A stretch of DNA of 64,000 nucleotides, taken from NCBI GenBank assembly GCA_015062585.1, contig SUUJ01000002.1, positions 81,263 to 145,262 on the forward strand, read 5' to 3'. The notes beneath the pieces were generated by a model, which saw only the letters and a program-made list of their open reading frames with translations, ran no database searches and was not told the origin of the DNA. The translations under genes and the position numbers were made by a program. Position 1 is the stretch's first letter. The number at the start of each line of letters is the position of its first letter. Of this stretch, positions 9,976 to 21,496 are shown one piece after another. Source of the stretch: Alphaproteobacteria bacterium. GTDB taxonomy: Bacteria > Pseudomonadota > Alphaproteobacteria > RF32 > CAG-239.

Positions 9976-11466
9976 TTATTTTTTCGAAGATATTTCGTAT
10001 CCGTTATCACCGTCAACAGCCGAATTTGCAAAAGCAAAATCATTGGCGTTAACAGAGTGGATTCTATACAAGACATCACCTCGTTCGACTTTGTCGCCGA
10101 CTTTCTTAAATAAATCCAGTCCTGAACCGGGGGTTTGTTGTGCGCCGGCTAAAATACCGATACGATTTATGCGAGAGTTGTTTATTGATTCAACAACACC
10201 ATGCTTATCTGCAGTAATATCGCGAGTCAATCTGCCAAGTTGTGCTTGCGGGGCTTTGCCTTGGGTGTAAATAATTCTGTTAAGAGCTTCTAAAGCGCGT
10301 CCTGACGCAAGAATTTCTTTTGCAATGTGATAACCTTGACCTCCGCGAACTTTCGGATCAAATTCGATAAGCCTTCCCGCCAAGAACAAAGACTTTTCTT
10401 TCAAATCTTGTGGCGCATTTTCCTTATTACGCAAAACTCTCATAACATCGCGAGCCTCTAAGACGGAACCAACGCCATTACCGATAGGTTCGCTTCCGTC
10501 TGTAATAACGGCGTCAACCTGAATATTCAGCATATCGCCGATATATTCTATCATTTTTCTTATTTTTAAGGCGTCATTAGTGGTTTTTATATTTGAATTC
10601 GGTCCTACGGGAATATCAACCAACAAATGCGATACACCGGTAATCAACTTAATAGCAATAATCGAGGCCAATACATGTTCTTGCTTAACCATTCCCAAGT
10701 TGCGTTGCACGGAAGATATAACCTTACTTGCATAGGTTATGGGCAGATTATAGTGGTTAACAATAGCACCTCGGTTTTCGCGAATAGATTTTCTAATGAT
10801 TTTTTCATCAATATCGACATTTGCCAAAACACCGAAAGTATCGGCAACACCGGCACAAGAGGTTAAAGATCTTGAAGCTGTTTTCATCACCGGCAAACCG
10901 TAAGCAGCCACGATTGCTGCAACAATAATATCGGTCTTATTACCCGGAACACCGCCCATACAGTGATGATCTACTACAATATTTTCATTATCCCAATTAT
11001 AACATTCATCGCCGGCTAAAGCTTCGGTCAAAGCCAAAACTTCCTGAACCGTCATAAAAGAGCCTGTCGCCACCAAAAATGATGCAACATCCATATTTGA
11101 ATATTTTTTTGCGGTAATATCTTTTATGATTGCTTTGTATTCGCTGTCATACAACACATTACCTGATATTTTTCTTTTTATTGAGGCAACGGAAGATGGT
11201 ACGGTAGCTAAACTGACGGTAACATTAGCGCCTTCGGGAAGATTAAGTTGCTCAAAAGCTTGATTGTTTACACCTAATTGATTTGGAGATACAATAGATT
11301 CGTCATCAACCACTTCCAAAAAAGCGCCCACCGGCTCAGCACCGCCGTGAACCTCTATTTTGGTAACATTTTTAATGTCCTCAACTTTGTAAATATCGCA
11401 ATCTCTGTGCAGATAAACAATATTCTCGTTAAAAGAATTTATTGCAACATGTTTCAGAGATAACAT
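9976..11466 (-). CDS. Thymidine/AMP phosphorylase family protein
   Basis: 496 aa. Glycosyl-transferase family 3 signatures (HHCMGGVPGNKTD, TASRSLTSCAGVADTF) and the pyrimidine-nucleoside phosphorylase C-terminal region. Confidence 0.7.
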   Translation of the reverse strand: MLSLKHVAINSFNENIVYLHRDCDIYKVEDIKNVTKIEVHGGAEPVGAFLEVVDDESIVSPNQLGVNNQAFEQLNLPEGANVTVSLATVPSSVASIKRKISGNVLYDSEYKAIIKDITAKKYSNMDVASFLVATGSFMTVQEVLALTEALAGDECYNWDNENIVVDHHCMGGVPGNKTDIIVAAIVAAYGLPVMKTASRSLTSCAGVADTFGVLANVDIDEKIIRKSIRENRGAIVNHYNLPITYASKVISSVQRNLGMVKQEHVLASIIAIKLITGVSHLLVDIPVGPNSNIKTTNDALKIRKMIEYIGDMLNIQVDAVITDGSEPIGNGVGSVLEARDVMRVLRNKENAPQDLKEKSLFLAGRLIEFDPKVRGGQGYHIAKEILASGRALEALNRIIYTQGKAPQAQLGRLTRDITADKHGVVESINNSRINRIGILAGAQQTPGSGLDLFKKVGDKVERGDVLYRIHSVNANDFAFANSAVDGDNGYEISSKK

Positions 11467-11489
11467 TTTTCAGCCCTCACTAAAAGGTT

Positions 11490-12341
11490 TTAATCTTTTT
11501 TATTAAGTAACAATCTTAAAACTTTTACCAACTTATCTTTCAATTCTGTTCTTTCAAAAACAATATCAACCATTCCGTGTTTTTGCAAGTATTCGGCTTT
11601 TTGGAAACCTTCCGGCAGAGTTTCACGAATTGTTTGTTCAATAACTCTGGCTCCGGCAAATCCGATAATACAGCCTTTTTCAGCCATATGTATATCGCCC
11701 AACATAGCAAAAGAAGCAGAAACGCCGCCTGTTGTCGGGTCTGTCAAAACTGAAATATATGGTAAATTTTTCTCTTTTAACATATTGATTGCCGCGGTGG
11801 TTCTGGCCATTTGCATCAAAGACAAAATACCTTCTTGCATTCTGGCACCGCCTGATGCCGAAATTATTACTAAAGGAGCAGATGTTTTTGTTGCAAACTC
11901 AGCCGCCTTGACGATACCCTCGCCCACAGCCGTTCCCATTGATCCGCCCATAAAAGTAAAATCAAGAGCGGCGACAACGGTTTTAATTTTTCCGATATTT
12001 CCGCAAGCCACCAAAACAGCGTCATCATTTTTGGTTAAACGACGATAAGACTTTAACCTGTCGGAATATTTTTTTGAATCTTTGAAAGAGAGAGGGTCGT
12101 CGACCAACTTAGGCAAAGCCAAGTTTTTGTACTTTCCTTCATCAAAAAGCATTTCAAATCGATTTTTTAACGGCAAGCGCAGATGATGTCCGCAAAAAGA
12201 ACAAATATAAAAGTCTTTTTCCAACTCTTTGCTAAACAACATCTGTCCGCATTCCGGACACTTGGTCCAAAGATTGTCGGCGATTTCCTTTGATGTTGTT
12301 TTTTTTATCTTAGGTCTGACAAAATCAGCAATCCAGTTCAT
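11490..12341 (-). CDS. accD: Acetyl-CoA carboxylase carboxyltransferase beta subunit
   Basis: N-terminal zinc ribbon CPECGQ...CSFCGHH plus the carboxyltransferase domain. Confidence 0.9.
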   Translation of the reverse strand: MNWIADFVRPKIKKTTSKEIADNLWTKCPECGQMLFSKELEKDFYICSFCGHHLRLPLKNRFEMLFDEGKYKNLALPKLVDDPLSFKDSKKYSDRLKSYRRLTKNDDAVLVACGNIGKIKTVVAALDFTFMGGSMGTAVGEGIVKAAEFATKTSAPLVIISASGGARMQEGILSLMQMARTTAAINMLKEKNLPYISVLTDPTTGGVSASFAMLGDIHMAEKGCIIGFAGARVIEQTIRETLPEGFQKAEYLQKHGMVDIVFERTELKDKLVKVLRLLLNKKD

Positions 12342-12362
12342 TATAAAATCCTTTTTTGCTTT

Positions 12363-12743
12363 TTATTTCTTAGAAAATATATTTTTAAATTTTTCTTTCC
12401 AAGATTTTTTCTCTGCCACGGGGGCTGCTGTCTTCATTTCTTGAATATCACCTTGCAAATCTTCAACTTCCTTGGTGAGCTTTTCTTGTTCTTTTGAAAG
12501 TTTTTTGTTTTGTTTTTTATGAGCTCTCAGCGAACTGCGAACTTTTGCGTGGGATAGCCATGAAAACAAGTTGCCGACAAAATATCCCAAAAAGAACAAA
12601 ACAAAAGTAACAACGCTCAAAGAAGTGATAACTTCGATATCGGTAGGCCATAATTTAAGCGTGACAAAGTCGTTATTAACTATAGCAAATATCAAAAGTA
12701 AAACAAATAGCGGCAATCCTATAATCAGTTTTACAAATCCCAT
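12363..12743 (-). CDS. lapA: LapA-like (DUF1049) inner membrane protein
   Basis: 126 aa with two TM helices followed by a coiled-coil tail. Located directly downstream of ihfB, as in other Proteobacteria. Confidence 0.55.
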   Translation of the reverse strand: MGFVKLIIGLPLFVLLLIFAIVNNDFVTLKLWPTDIEVITSLSVVTFVLFFLGYFVGNLFSWLSHAKVRSSLRAHKKQNKKLSKEQEKLTKEVEDLQGDIQEMKTAAPVAEKKSWKEKFKNIFSKK

Positions 12744-12778
12744 AAGCGTTGCTCCTTTATAAAAAATAAAAACAGATT

Positions 12779-13060
12779 CTATTTTTTGTTAAGAGATTCA
12801 AACAATTGTTTACCTGTCTTAAAATGCGGAATTTTTCTTTCCTCTACTTTAACTTGTTCGCCGGTGCGAGGATTTTTTGCCACTCTGGGAGCGCGAGTTC
12901 TTACCGAAAAGGCACCAAAACCGCGAAATTCTACGCGATCGCCGTTAGCTAAAGAGTTTGTAATCGTGTCGAAAACAACAGAAACAATGCGTTCAACATC
13001 TTTTAACAAAAGATGAGGGTTTTTAGCTGCAATTTTTTCAATCAATTCAGATTTAGTCAT
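12779..13060 (-). CDS. ihfB: Integration host factor beta subunit (HU/IHF family)
   Basis: 93 aa. [13 protein letters not shown]...[29 protein letters not shown] matches the IHF-beta arm. Confidence 0.8.
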   Translation of the reverse strand: MTKSELIEKIAAKNPHLLLKDVERIVSVVFDTITNSLANGDRVEFRGFGAFSVRTRAPRVAKNPRTGEQVKVEERKIPHFKTGKQLFESLNKK

Positions 13061-13164
13061 TTTTTATCCTTTTTCTTTATATTTTAATTAAGTTTATTTG
13101 TTTATTTATCAATACATCATTTTATAAAAAAACCAACATATTATTTTTTATTTATCCAAAACAA

Positions 13165-14295
13165 TTACTCATTTGCGGCAATATAAGATATTGATGTCTG
13201 ATTCGTTTCGCCTACCTCTATTGCTTCTATTTTTTCAATTCGTTTAGATATTTTAGATGACGATATTTTAATGGAATCAATATCATCATTAGCCTGTTTA
13301 AAGTGCCTGCCCAGATTGTCGATTCTTTCATCTAAACGGCAGATATCCTCAATTAGCAAGCCCACTTCTTTTTGAATAACACCGGCTTGTTCACGCATAT
13401 ACGCATCTTTTAACACGGCACGAACAGTATTTAATGTAGCCATCAATGTAGTGGGAGAAACTATCCAAACCTTGGCTTTGTACGATGTTTCGACCACATC
13501 GATAAAATTAGCGTGTAATTCTGCATAAATTGCTTCGCTTGGCAAAAACATTAAGGCCGATTCGGCTGTTTCGCCGCTTATAATATACTTTTCGGATATG
13601 TCTTTTATGTGCTTTATGACCGAAGCCTTAAAAAATCTTTCTGCTTCGATTTTTTCTCTGTCATTTTGGGCGTTGCGCAAGGCTTGGTAGCTTTCTAAAG
13701 GGAATTTTGCGTCAACGACAATAGATCCCGGCGGATTCGGTAAATTAAGCAAACAGTCTGCTTTTTTACCATTGCTCAACATGGCTTGAAAAGAATAAGC
13801 ACTGGGAGGCAAAATAGATGTAACCAAGTCATTAAGTTGAATCTCGCCAAATGCACCTCGAGATTGTTTGTTTGATAAAACTTCTTGCAAAGACACAACT
13901 TGTTCGGAAAGAGATGATATTTTTTGTTGTGCTACATCAATTTTTGCCAATCTTTCACGCAAGTCGGTCAAAGTTTGATTGGTTTTTGCCGTGCTTTGTT
14001 GCAATCCTTCGCCCACACTTTTGGTTACAGCCAAAAGCTTTTCATCAACCATTTTCAAAACAGCAAGCTTTTGCTCGTTCAAGGCTTCTAACAAGCGATT
14101 CTGCTCTTGGATATTAGATTCGTTCAATAGAGCCAAGCGACCGGCAAGTTCTCCTTGAGTTTGTAAGAAAATATCTTTGATGTTGCTGTCTTTTCGACGA
14201 AGTGACAGCCAAAAAAAGCCAATAGAGATAATAGCCAAGGCCATTATCAAAAAAATTCCTATATAATCCAATATAAAGCTATTCAGGTTTTGCAA
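13165..14295 (-). CDS. rmuC: DNA recombination protein RmuC
   Basis: 376 aa. N-terminal TM, long coiled coil, and the C-terminal RmuC nuclease-like domain ([15 protein letters not shown]). Confidence 0.8.
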   Translation of the reverse strand: MQNLNSFILDYIGIFLIMALAIISIGFFWLSLRRKDSNIKDIFLQTQGELAGRLALLNESNIQEQNRLLEALNEQKLAVLKMVDEKLLAVTKSVGEGLQQSTAKTNQTLTDLRERLAKIDVAQQKISSLSEQVVSLQEVLSNKQSRGAFGEIQLNDLVTSILPPSAYSFQAMLSNGKKADCLLNLPNPPGSIVVDAKFPLESYQALRNAQNDREKIEAERFFKASVIKHIKDISEKYIISGETAESALMFLPSEAIYAELHANFIDVVETSYKAKVWIVSPTTLMATLNTVRAVLKDAYMREQAGVIQKEVGLLIEDICRLDERIDNLGRHFKQANDDIDSIKISSSKISKRIEKIEAIEVGETNQTSISYIAANE

Positions 14296-15253
14296 GGTGT
14301 CTTCCCATCTTCAAAAATTTGTCCGTTCTGCGTTTTTTTAATTCGTCACCGGTATGAACCGAAAGTTCTTTCAGATGACGAGCAATTACATCGCCTACTC
14401 TTAAAATTGTTTCTTTGTGATTTCTTTGCGCACCACCAATCGGCTCAGCAATAATTTCATCAATTGTTCCAAGTCTGCGCAAGTCTTGAGCGGTTAAACA
14501 CAAAGCTTCGGTCGCTTCCTTTACCTTTTCGGCAGAACGCCACAAAATAGAAGCACAACCTTCAGGCGATATAACCGAATATATAGAATGTTCAAGCATA
14601 AGGATTCTGTTGGCCGTAGCAATAGCTATTGCACCACCGGAACCGCCTTCACCGATTATTACCGAAATAAAAGGAACTTTTAAATTCAAGCATTTTTCAA
14701 TACTCGAGGCTATTGCTTGGGCTTGTCCTCTTTCTTCGGCGTCAACACCCGGAAAAGCACCTGATGTATCAACAAAAGCAATTACCGGAAGAGAAAATTT
14801 ATTAGCCAAATCCATCAATCTTTGAGCTTTGCGATATCCCTCAGGCTTTGCCATTCCAAAATTATATTTTACGCGCGATTCTAAATCATTACCTTTTTCT
14901 TGACCGATAACCACAACACTTTGGCCTCTGAAACGGCCGATTCCCCCGACCATGGCAAAGTCATCAGCAAAAGCCCTGTCGCCGCACAAATGTTCAAAAT
15001 CTTCAAACAAAACATTTATATAATCCAGGCAATGCGGACGATTGGGATGACGAGCTACTTGTGATTTTTGCCAAGGGGTGAGCTTGGTGTATATCTGTTT
15101 TAGCAATCTTTCGGATTTTTGTTGCAGGCGCGTTACTTCTGCCCCGATGTTAATTCCTTCGCCGGCCTCAACCTGTTTCAATCTTTTTATTTTTTCTTCA
15201 ACTTCGGCTATTGTTTTTTCAAATTCGAGAGTAATGATTTCGTTGTTTTCCAT
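14279..15253 (-). CDS. accA: Acetyl-CoA carboxylase carboxyltransferase alpha subunit
   Basis: 324 aa, canonical AccA ([17 protein letters not shown]...GGSGGAIAI). Its 3' end overlaps the rmuC start by 17 nt. Confidence 0.9.
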   Translation of the reverse strand: MENNEIITLEFEKTIAEVEEKIKRLKQVEAGEGINIGAEVTRLQQKSERLLKQIYTKLTPWQKSQVARHPNRPHCLDYINVLFEDFEHLCGDRAFADDFAMVGGIGRFRGQSVVVIGQEKGNDLESRVKYNFGMAKPEGYRKAQRLMDLANKFSLPVIAFVDTSGAFPGVDAEERGQAQAIASSIEKCLNLKVPFISVIIGEGGSGGAIAIATANRILMLEHSIYSVISPEGCASILWRSAEKVKEATEALCLTAQDLRRLGTIDEIIAEPIGGAQRNHKETILRVGDVIARHLKELSVHTGDELKKRRTDKFLKMGRHLAKPE

Positions 15254-15428
15254 AAATTCAGCCTCTTCAGCAAATTTTGTATTTTTTTCAATCAGTCGAT
15301 TTATACCATATTTTTTTTCAAAATGCCAAGCTATTTTTCTTTTTGTGTAAGAAGCTATGAATTTTGTTTAAAAAAATGATAAACCTGATATTTATATATA
15401 ATATTTTAATATCCGGTGGAGTTTTTAT

Positions 15429-16550
15429 ATGATTCTGACTATTGCTTTGTTTAGTGTTGTTTTTTCATCAATCATATGGTTGGCTTATTCTATAAGATAT
15501 ATAACCGATTCTTTAGGTGATATGTCTTTTTTTGATGCCGGACTGTTAAATGTTTTGCTATATACTTTATTTGTTTGTCTGCCTGAATTTGTTATTTGGA
15601 TGATTTTTGGCTTTTTCAGCCAACACATCAACGGTCGAACAATCAGTCGCCAGATGTTCAAGCTTTTTGCCCAAATGAAAAAAAATCAAGAATATTCGGA
15701 TTTACTTGCTCGCATTATGCTTGAGACCGGAGAAAATATACGCAATTCTTTTATGATGAACAATTTTGATGTTCTCGTCGCCGATATGAATGAGCTGCTG
15801 TGTGAAATTCTTCAAAGAGACAATCTTATAACTTATGAAGAAGCAGGACAGCTTTGGACCAAGGTTCAAAACGGCGGAAAATGGGCGTTTGGAAAAGTTG
15901 TTATTGAGCGCTACAATAATTTTCCCGAGTTTAAAAATGATTTGTCAAAAGACGCCAAAATTGATAATGTTTTGGCCGGTTCCATTATGGAATTTTGCGC
16001 ACGCTATCAGTCATTGATAAGTTTGCTTGAAAAATATGACAAAGAAAAAACTTTCTTAAATGTGATAGAAACAGGTGTCTTTGGCAAAGTCTTTTCGGTT
16101 ATGGCTTCAATATCCGATGATTTAAGAAGGGTTAGAGAGCCCAGTGCTTCCAAAGAATTTGAAGAGTTTTCCGCAAACAAAAACAATAAAAAAGATACTT
16201 TTACCAAAACAACAAGTATTTTAAGCCGCTTTGCTTATCGCAAAAAAGATTTGCCTAAGATAAGAAGTGATAAAAAAGATGATTTTTCAAAAGCATTGGA
16301 GCGTTCATTTTCTGATGAGCCGATGATAGAAGAACCTAAAAAAGAATTTAGAGAAGACCACAAAGAACCGACTTTTACGGATGATTTTGATGGCAAAAAA
16401 GAACCTATGTCAGAAAATATCCCCGATTCTCAAAAAGTCTTGAACGATTTGAAAAAACAATGGGACGAAATAGAGCAAAAACAAACAGAAGAAGACGCTT
16501 TGGCTTATCCTTTTGGTGGTTGGACAGATGCTGAAAAGTATCAGAAATAG
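15429..16550 (+). CDS. Hypothetical membrane protein with acidic C-terminal tail
   Basis: 373 aa with two N-terminal TM helices and a Lys/Glu/Asp-rich C-terminus. Divergent from accA. No domain recognised. Confidence 0.45.
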   Translation: MILTIALFSVVFSSIIWLAYSIRYITDSLGDMSFFDAGLLNVLLYTLFVCLPEFVIWMIFGFFSQHINGRTISRQMFKLFAQMKKNQEYSDLLARIMLETGENIRNSFMMNNFDVLVADMNELLCEILQRDNLITYEEAGQLWTKVQNGGKWAFGKVVIERYNNFPEFKNDLSKDAKIDNVLAGSIMEFCARYQSLISLLEKYDKEKTFLNVIETGVFGKVFSVMASISDDLRRVREPSASKEFEEFSANKNNKKDTFTKTTSILSRFAYRKKDLPKIRSDKKDDFSKALERSFSDEPMIEEPKKEFREDHKEPTFTDDFDGKKEPMSENIPDSQKVLNDLKKQWDEIEQKQTEEDALAYPFGGWTDAEKYQK

Positions 16551-18333
16551 CCTGATTCTATTGTTTTTGACAATTGTAAGTTTTGACACTGAAGCCAAAA
16601 CACAGGTTGTCGATTCTTTTTCATTGACCAATATTCCGAAATATGACGCAAATTTTACCCATTTTGCCTATGTAAATCCCAAAGCACCAAAAGGCGGAAA
16701 AATTACGCTTCCTGCTTACGGTTCATTTGACAGTTTTAATCCTTTTATTTTTAAGGGAATAGCTTTTTCCGAAGGGGCAGATCTTTCGTTAGAAAGCTTG
16801 GGTTTTTCACCGCTTGACGATCAAACTTCGGTTTATCCGTTATTGGCTGAAAAATTTGAATTTTCGGAAGATAACAGCTTTGTCGGTTTCTTCTTAAACA
16901 AAAATGCTAAGTTTTCAGATGGTTCTCCCGTAACATCCGACGATGTTATTTTTTCTTTTAACAGCCTAATTCAAAAAGGTTCACCTATTTACAAAATTTA
17001 TTATTCTGATGTTGATAGGGTAGAAAAAATAAACTCACATCATGTGCGTTTTCATTACAAGAAAGGGGCTAAAAATCGCGAATTACCGCTTATTTTAAGC
17101 CAGTTCAAAGTTTTTTCCGCTAAGCATTTTAAGGACAAAGATTTTGCCACACCTACGCTAGAACCCATGCTTGGTAGCGGTGCTTATCAAATAACTTCTT
17201 TTGAGCCGAACAAATTTGTAGAATTAACACGCAACAAAAACTATTGGGGCAAAAATTTGCCATCTCGCAAAGGTTATTACAATTTTGACACCATCCGCTA
17301 CGATTTTTACCAAGATACGACCGTAACCCTTCAAGCTCTGTTTTCCGGAAGTATTGATGCCAGAGAAGAGTATATAGCTAAAAGCTGGGTCAGCGGATAT
17401 GATAATAAGTTAGTGAAAGAGGGTAATATAATCAAAGAAGAAATTTATCATAACAATCCGGCAACACTGCAATTTTTCGGATTTAATACCAGATTACCAA
17501 AGTTTTCAGACAGACGAGTTCGCGAAGCTATCGGCTTGGCTTTTAATTTTGAATGGGCTAATGAAAAGCTTTTTTATAATCAGTATAATAGAATTTACAG
17601 CTTGTTTTCCAATACCGATATGGCGGCAAAAGGTTTGCCTAAAGGAAAAGAAAAAGCAATCTTAAGCAAATACAAAAAAGATTTACCGCCAAATATTTTT
17701 ACTAAAGAATACAGCTTGCCGGATAATTCTACTTCTGAAAAACAGCGCGAAAATTTAAAAAAAGCGGTAGAGTTGCTAAATCAAGCCGGATACGATTTTG
17801 TTGACGGCAAAATGACCAACCTAAAAACAGGAAAACCTTTGGAAATAGAGGTATTAAGCAACGCTGCAAACGGCTCGTCATTTACTCGTGTAATGCTTCC
17901 GTTTATTGAAAATTTGCGCAAAATAGGTATTAAAATGACCTTTCGCAATTTAGAAGTAAATATTTTCAAAAATCGACTTGATAATTTTGAGTATGAAATG
18001 GCAATTTTGTCGTTTCGCTTGAGCAATTTGCCCGGCAACGAACAAAGGGAGCTTTGGGGTTCGCAATCGGCTGATATGGTCGGTTCATATAATGTTATGG
18101 GTATTAAAAACAAAATAGTCGATTCTTTAATAACAAATTTAATTGAAGCGCAAGACAACAATAATTACAAAGCCTATGTCAGCGCCTTAGACAGAGTTAT
18201 GATGAATGAGCACTATTTTATTCCGCAATGGTATTCGCCTTTTGACAGGATAGCCTACCACAAAAGGTTGCAACATCCCAAAACAAACATAAAAACCGGC
18301 GCAGATATACATACTTGGTGGATTAAGGAGTAA
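16528..18333 (+). CDS. ABC transporter substrate-binding protein, family 5 (YejA/oligopeptide-like)
   Basis: About 600 aa SBP_bac_5-like protein with a signal peptide (MLKSIRNSLILLFLTIVSFDTEA). The ORF track begins at 16513. Followed by the permease gene. Confidence 0.75.
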   Translation: MLKSIRNSLILLFLTIVSFDTEAKTQVVDSFSLTNIPKYDANFTHFAYVNPKAPKGGKITLPAYGSFDSFNPFIFKGIAFSEGADLSLESLGFSPLDDQTSVYPLLAEKFEFSEDNSFVGFFLNKNAKFSDGSPVTSDDVIFSFNSLIQKGSPIYKIYYSDVDRVEKINSHHVRFHYKKGAKNRELPLILSQFKVFSAKHFKDKDFATPTLEPMLGSGAYQITSFEPNKFVELTRNKNYWGKNLPSRKGYYNFDTIRYDFYQDTTVTLQALFSGSIDAREEYIAKSWVSGYDNKLVKEGNIIKEEIYHNNPATLQFFGFNTRLPKFSDRRVREAIGLAFNFEWANEKLFYNQYNRIYSLFSNTDMAAKGLPKGKEKAILSKYKKDLPPNIFTKEYSLPDNSTSEKQRENLKKAVELLNQAGYDFVDGKMTNLKTGKPLEIEVLSNAANGSSFTRVMLPFIENLRKIGIKMTFRNLEVNIFKNRLDNFEYEMAILSFRLSNLPGNEQRELWGSQSADMVGSYNVMGIKNKIVDSLITNLIEAQDNNNYKAYVSALDRVMMNEHYFIPQWYSPFDRIAYHKRLQHPKTNIKTGADIHTWWIKE

Positions 18334-18336
18334 AAA

Positions 18337-19413
18337 ATGAGAAATTATATACTTAAAAGACTTATTCTTATTCCTTTTACTCTACTGGGTATTTTGACAC
18401 TCAATTTTGTTATTATCCAGTTTGCCCCCGGCGGACCGGTAGAGCATGTTTTAGCTCAATATCGCGGTATGAATACTGACGCCACCTCATCAATTTCCGG
18501 TAGCGCCGGTGCGCATATGGAAGGCGCTGCAAAGAGTAAATATCAAGGAGCTTCCGGAGTTCCGCAAGATTTAATAGTTGAATTAGAAAAGCAATTCGGT
18601 TTTGATAAGCCTGCATATATTCGCTTTTTCAAAATGATAAAAGATTATGCTTTGTTTGATTTCGGCAAAAGCTTTTACCAAAACAAAACAGTCGGTCAGC
18701 TGATTTTGGAAAGAATGCCTGTTTCAATATCTTTGGGTTTATGGTCGACTTTGATTATATACCTTATTGCCATACCCTTAGGTATAAAAAAAGCCGTAAA
18801 TGACGGTTCAAAATTTGATGTTATAAGCTCATTTGCGGTGGTTTTCGGTTCGGCAATGCCGGTGTTTTTGTTTGCGGTATTTTTAATAGTGTTTTTTGCC
18901 GGTGGTACCTACTTCAATTGGTTTCCTCTTCACTCGTTAACTTCAGACAATTGGGCGGATTTAAGCTGGTTTGGTAAGATAAAAGACTATTTTTGGCATA
19001 TAACCCTACCGGTAACAGCTATGGTAGTCGGCGGATTTGCGTCACTTACCATGCTTACCAAAAACTCGTTTTTAGATGAGATAAATAAACAATATGTTCT
19101 AACCGCTAAAGCCAAAGGATTGAACGAAAATCAGATTTTATACGGTCATGTCTTTCGAAACGCTATGTTGATAGTGATAGCCGGCTTTCCGTCACTGCTC
19201 ATAAAGATGTTGTTTACCGGCTCGCTTTTAATAGAGGTTATTTTTTCATTAAACGGATTAGGCTTGTTAGGTTACCAAGCGATTATGACGCGTGACTATC
19301 CTGTTATTTTTGGCACAATGTATATCTTTGCATTGTTAGGATTAGTACTAAAACTTATCTCAGATATAACTTATTGTCTGATTGATCCTCGTATCAATTT
19401 TGAATCTCGTTAA
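18337..19413 (+). CDS. ABC transporter permease (YejB/OppB-like)
   Basis: 358 aa with six predicted TM segments. Contains the BPD_transp_1 signature region. Confidence 0.8.
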   Translation: MRNYILKRLILIPFTLLGILTLNFVIIQFAPGGPVEHVLAQYRGMNTDATSSISGSAGAHMEGAAKSKYQGASGVPQDLIVELEKQFGFDKPAYIRFFKMIKDYALFDFGKSFYQNKTVGQLILERMPVSISLGLWSTLIIYLIAIPLGIKKAVNDGSKFDVISSFAVVFGSAMPVFLFAVFLIVFFAGGTYFNWFPLHSLTSDNWADLSWFGKIKDYFWHITLPVTAMVVGGFASLTMLTKNSFLDEINKQYVLTAKAKGLNENQILYGHVFRNAMLIVIAGFPSLLIKMLFTGSLLIEVIFSLNGLGLLGYQAIMTRDYPVIFGTMYIFALLGLVLKLISDITYCLIDPRINFESR

Positions 19414-19440
19414 ATAAATAAAAAATATTTCTAAAAAACT

Positions 19441-19470
19441 CTTGCATAGGTATTTTTTGATTCCTATATA
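19441..19470 (+). promoter_or_regulatory. Candidate sigma32 (RpoH) heat-shock promoter of dnaK
   Basis: CTTGCAT, then 16 nt, then CCTATATA, about 55 nt upstream of the dnaK ATG. Resembles the alphaproteobacterial sigma32 consensus CTTG-N16/17-CYTATNT. Confidence 0.4.
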
Positions 19471-19523
19471 AGCTAGTAGCAAAGAAAAATGAACTTATTT
19501 TATTAAACAAAAAGGATAAAAAA

Positions 19524-21431
19524 ATGAGCAATAAAGTAATAGGTATTGACCTTGGAACAACAAACTCTTGTTTTGCCGTTATGGAAGGCGGCGAAGCTAA
19601 AGTTTTAGAAAACTCTGAAGGTGCACGCACAACTCCTTCAATGGTAGCATTTACCGACACCGAACGCTTGGTTGGTTTCCCTGCAAAACGCCAAGCCGTA
19701 ACCAATCCGGAAAACACTCTGTTTGCAATCAAACGCTTAATCGGTCGTCGTTTTGATTCTGCCGAAGTAAAAAAAGACAAAGAGCTTGTTCCTTTCAAAA
19801 TTATTGAAGGCGATAACGGTGATGCATGGGTCGAAGCCAAAGGACAAAAATATGCTCCGTCTCAAATTTCAGCTATTGTATTGCAAAAAATTAAAGAATA
19901 CGCCGAAAGCTATTTGGGAGAAAAGATTGAAAAAGCCGTAATTACCGTACCGGCATATTTTAACGACTCTCAACGCCAAGCAACCAAAGATGCCGGTAAA
20001 ATTGCAGGCTTAGAAGTTTTGCGTATCATCAACGAGCCTACAGCTGCCGCTTTGGCTTATGGTATGGATAAAAAAACCAGCGGAACAATCGCTGTTTATG
20101 ACCTTGGTGGTGGTACATTTGATATTTCTATTTTGGAAATCGGTGATGGCGTATTCGAAGTAAAATCAACCAATGGTGATACATTCTTGGGTGGTGAAGA
20201 CTTTGACCAACGCTTGGTAAATTACTTGGCTGAGGAGTTCAAAAAAGAATCAGGTATTGACCTTAAAGCTGACAGACTTGCTTTACAACGCTTAAAAGAA
20301 GCTGCTGAAAAAGCTAAGATTGAATTGTCTTCAACTACACAAACCGAAGTAAACTTGCCGTTTATTACCGCTGATGCCACAGGTCCGAAGCACTTAAATA
20401 TTAAATTAACTCGTGCCAAACTTGAATCAATCGTTGAAGATTTGATTGATAGGACGGTTGAGCCTTGCAAAAAAGCTTTGGCTGACGCCGGAATTTCTGC
20501 TTCGGAAATCAGCGAAGTTATCTTGGTCGGTGGTATGACTCGTATGCCGAAAGTACAAGAAAAAGTTAAAGAAATCTTTGGCAAAGAAGCTCACAAAGGT
20601 GTAAATCCTGACGAAGTTGTTGCTGTCGGTGCTTCAATTCAAGGCGGTGTTTTGATGGGCGATGTCAAAGATGTGTTGTTGCTTGATGTAACACCGCTTT
20701 CTTTGGGTATTGAAACTTTGGGTGGAGTGTTCACTCGCTTGATTGATAGAAACACAACTATTCCGACCCGCAAATCGCAAGTATTTTCAACTGCCGAAGA
20801 CGGTCAAACAGCTGTTACTATCCGCGTATTCCAAGGCGAACGCGAAATGGCTGTCGACAACAAATTGCTCGGTCAATTTGATTTAGTAGGTATTCCGCCG
20901 GCACCTCGCGGTATGCCGCAAATTGAAGTTACTTTTGATATTGACGCCAACGGTATTGTTAATGTTTCAGCTAAGGATAAGGCTACCAACAAAGAGCAGG
21001 CTATCAGAATTCAAGCCAGTGGTGGTTTGTCTGACGCCGATATTGAAAAAATGGTAAAAGACGCCGAAGCTAATGCCGAAGCTGATAAAAAGTTAAAAGA
21101 AATTGTCGAAGCTAAAAACCATGCCGAAGCTTTAGTTCACTCAACCGAAAAAACTTTGAAAGAACATGGCGATAAAGTATCATCAGCTGAAAAAGAAGCT
21201 ATTGAAAAAGAAATCAATGCTTTGAAAACAGCTTTAGAAGCTGATGATTTGGCAGTTATCAAAGAAAAAACCGAAAGCTTAATGCAGGCTTCAATGAAAC
21301 TGGGTGAGGCTATGTACAAAGCTCAGGCCGAAGCTCAGGCTCAAGCCGGAGCAGCTCAAGGAGCTGAAGCCAATCCGGAACAACCGAAAGACGAAAAGGT
21401 TGTAGACGCCGACTTCGAAGAAGTAAAATAA
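19524..21431 (+). CDS. dnaK: Molecular chaperone DnaK (Hsp70)
   Basis: 635 aa. [22 protein letters not shown], and the C-terminal EEVK. Confidence 0.97.
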   Translation: MSNKVIGIDLGTTNSCFAVMEGGEAKVLENSEGARTTPSMVAFTDTERLVGFPAKRQAVTNPENTLFAIKRLIGRRFDSAEVKKDKELVPFKIIEGDNGDAWVEAKGQKYAPSQISAIVLQKIKEYAESYLGEKIEKAVITVPAYFNDSQRQATKDAGKIAGLEVLRIINEPTAAALAYGMDKKTSGTIAVYDLGGGTFDISILEIGDGVFEVKSTNGDTFLGGEDFDQRLVNYLAEEFKKESGIDLKADRLALQRLKEAAEKAKIELSSTTQTEVNLPFITADATGPKHLNIKLTRAKLESIVEDLIDRTVEPCKKALADAGISASEISEVILVGGMTRMPKVQEKVKEIFGKEAHKGVNPDEVVAVGASIQGGVLMGDVKDVLLLDVTPLSLGIETLGGVFTRLIDRNTTIPTRKSQVFSTAEDGQTAVTIRVFQGEREMAVDNKLLGQFDLVGIPPAPRGMPQIEVTFDIDANGIVNVSAKDKATNKEQAIRIQASGGLSDADIEKMVKDAEANAEADKKLKEIVEAKNHAEALVHSTEKTLKEHGDKVSSAEKEAIEKEINALKTALEADDLAVIKEKTESLMQASMKLGEAMYKAQAEAQAQAGAAQGAEANPEQPKDEKVVDADFEEVK

Positions 21432-21446
21432 GTTCTTATTGCTCAA

Positions 21447-21480
21447 AGAAAACCCCGTCTGTTAAGGCGGGGTTTTTTTT
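21447..21480 (+). terminator. Rho-independent terminator after dnaK
   Basis: AAAACCCCGTCTGTTAAGGCGGGGTTTTTTTT. A nearly identical hairpin follows the giant ORF at 46131. Confidence 0.8.
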
Positions 21481-21496
21481 AGTTTCTCCAAAAAAA

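Noticed and set aside
19394-19840. Antisense ORF (148 aa) overlapping the dnaK start. Likewise antisense or embedded ORFs at 796-1020, 1696-1911, 20222-20584, 30169-31503, 24953-25282, 33108-33384, 42294-45947 and others.
   Set aside because: They lie entirely inside, or antisense to, well-supported conserved genes (dnaN, dnaA, dnaK, rpsA, the ELM1 gene, the Lon-like gene, the giant ORF), and lack RBS or domain signals. Treated as spurious frames typical of AT-rich DNA.
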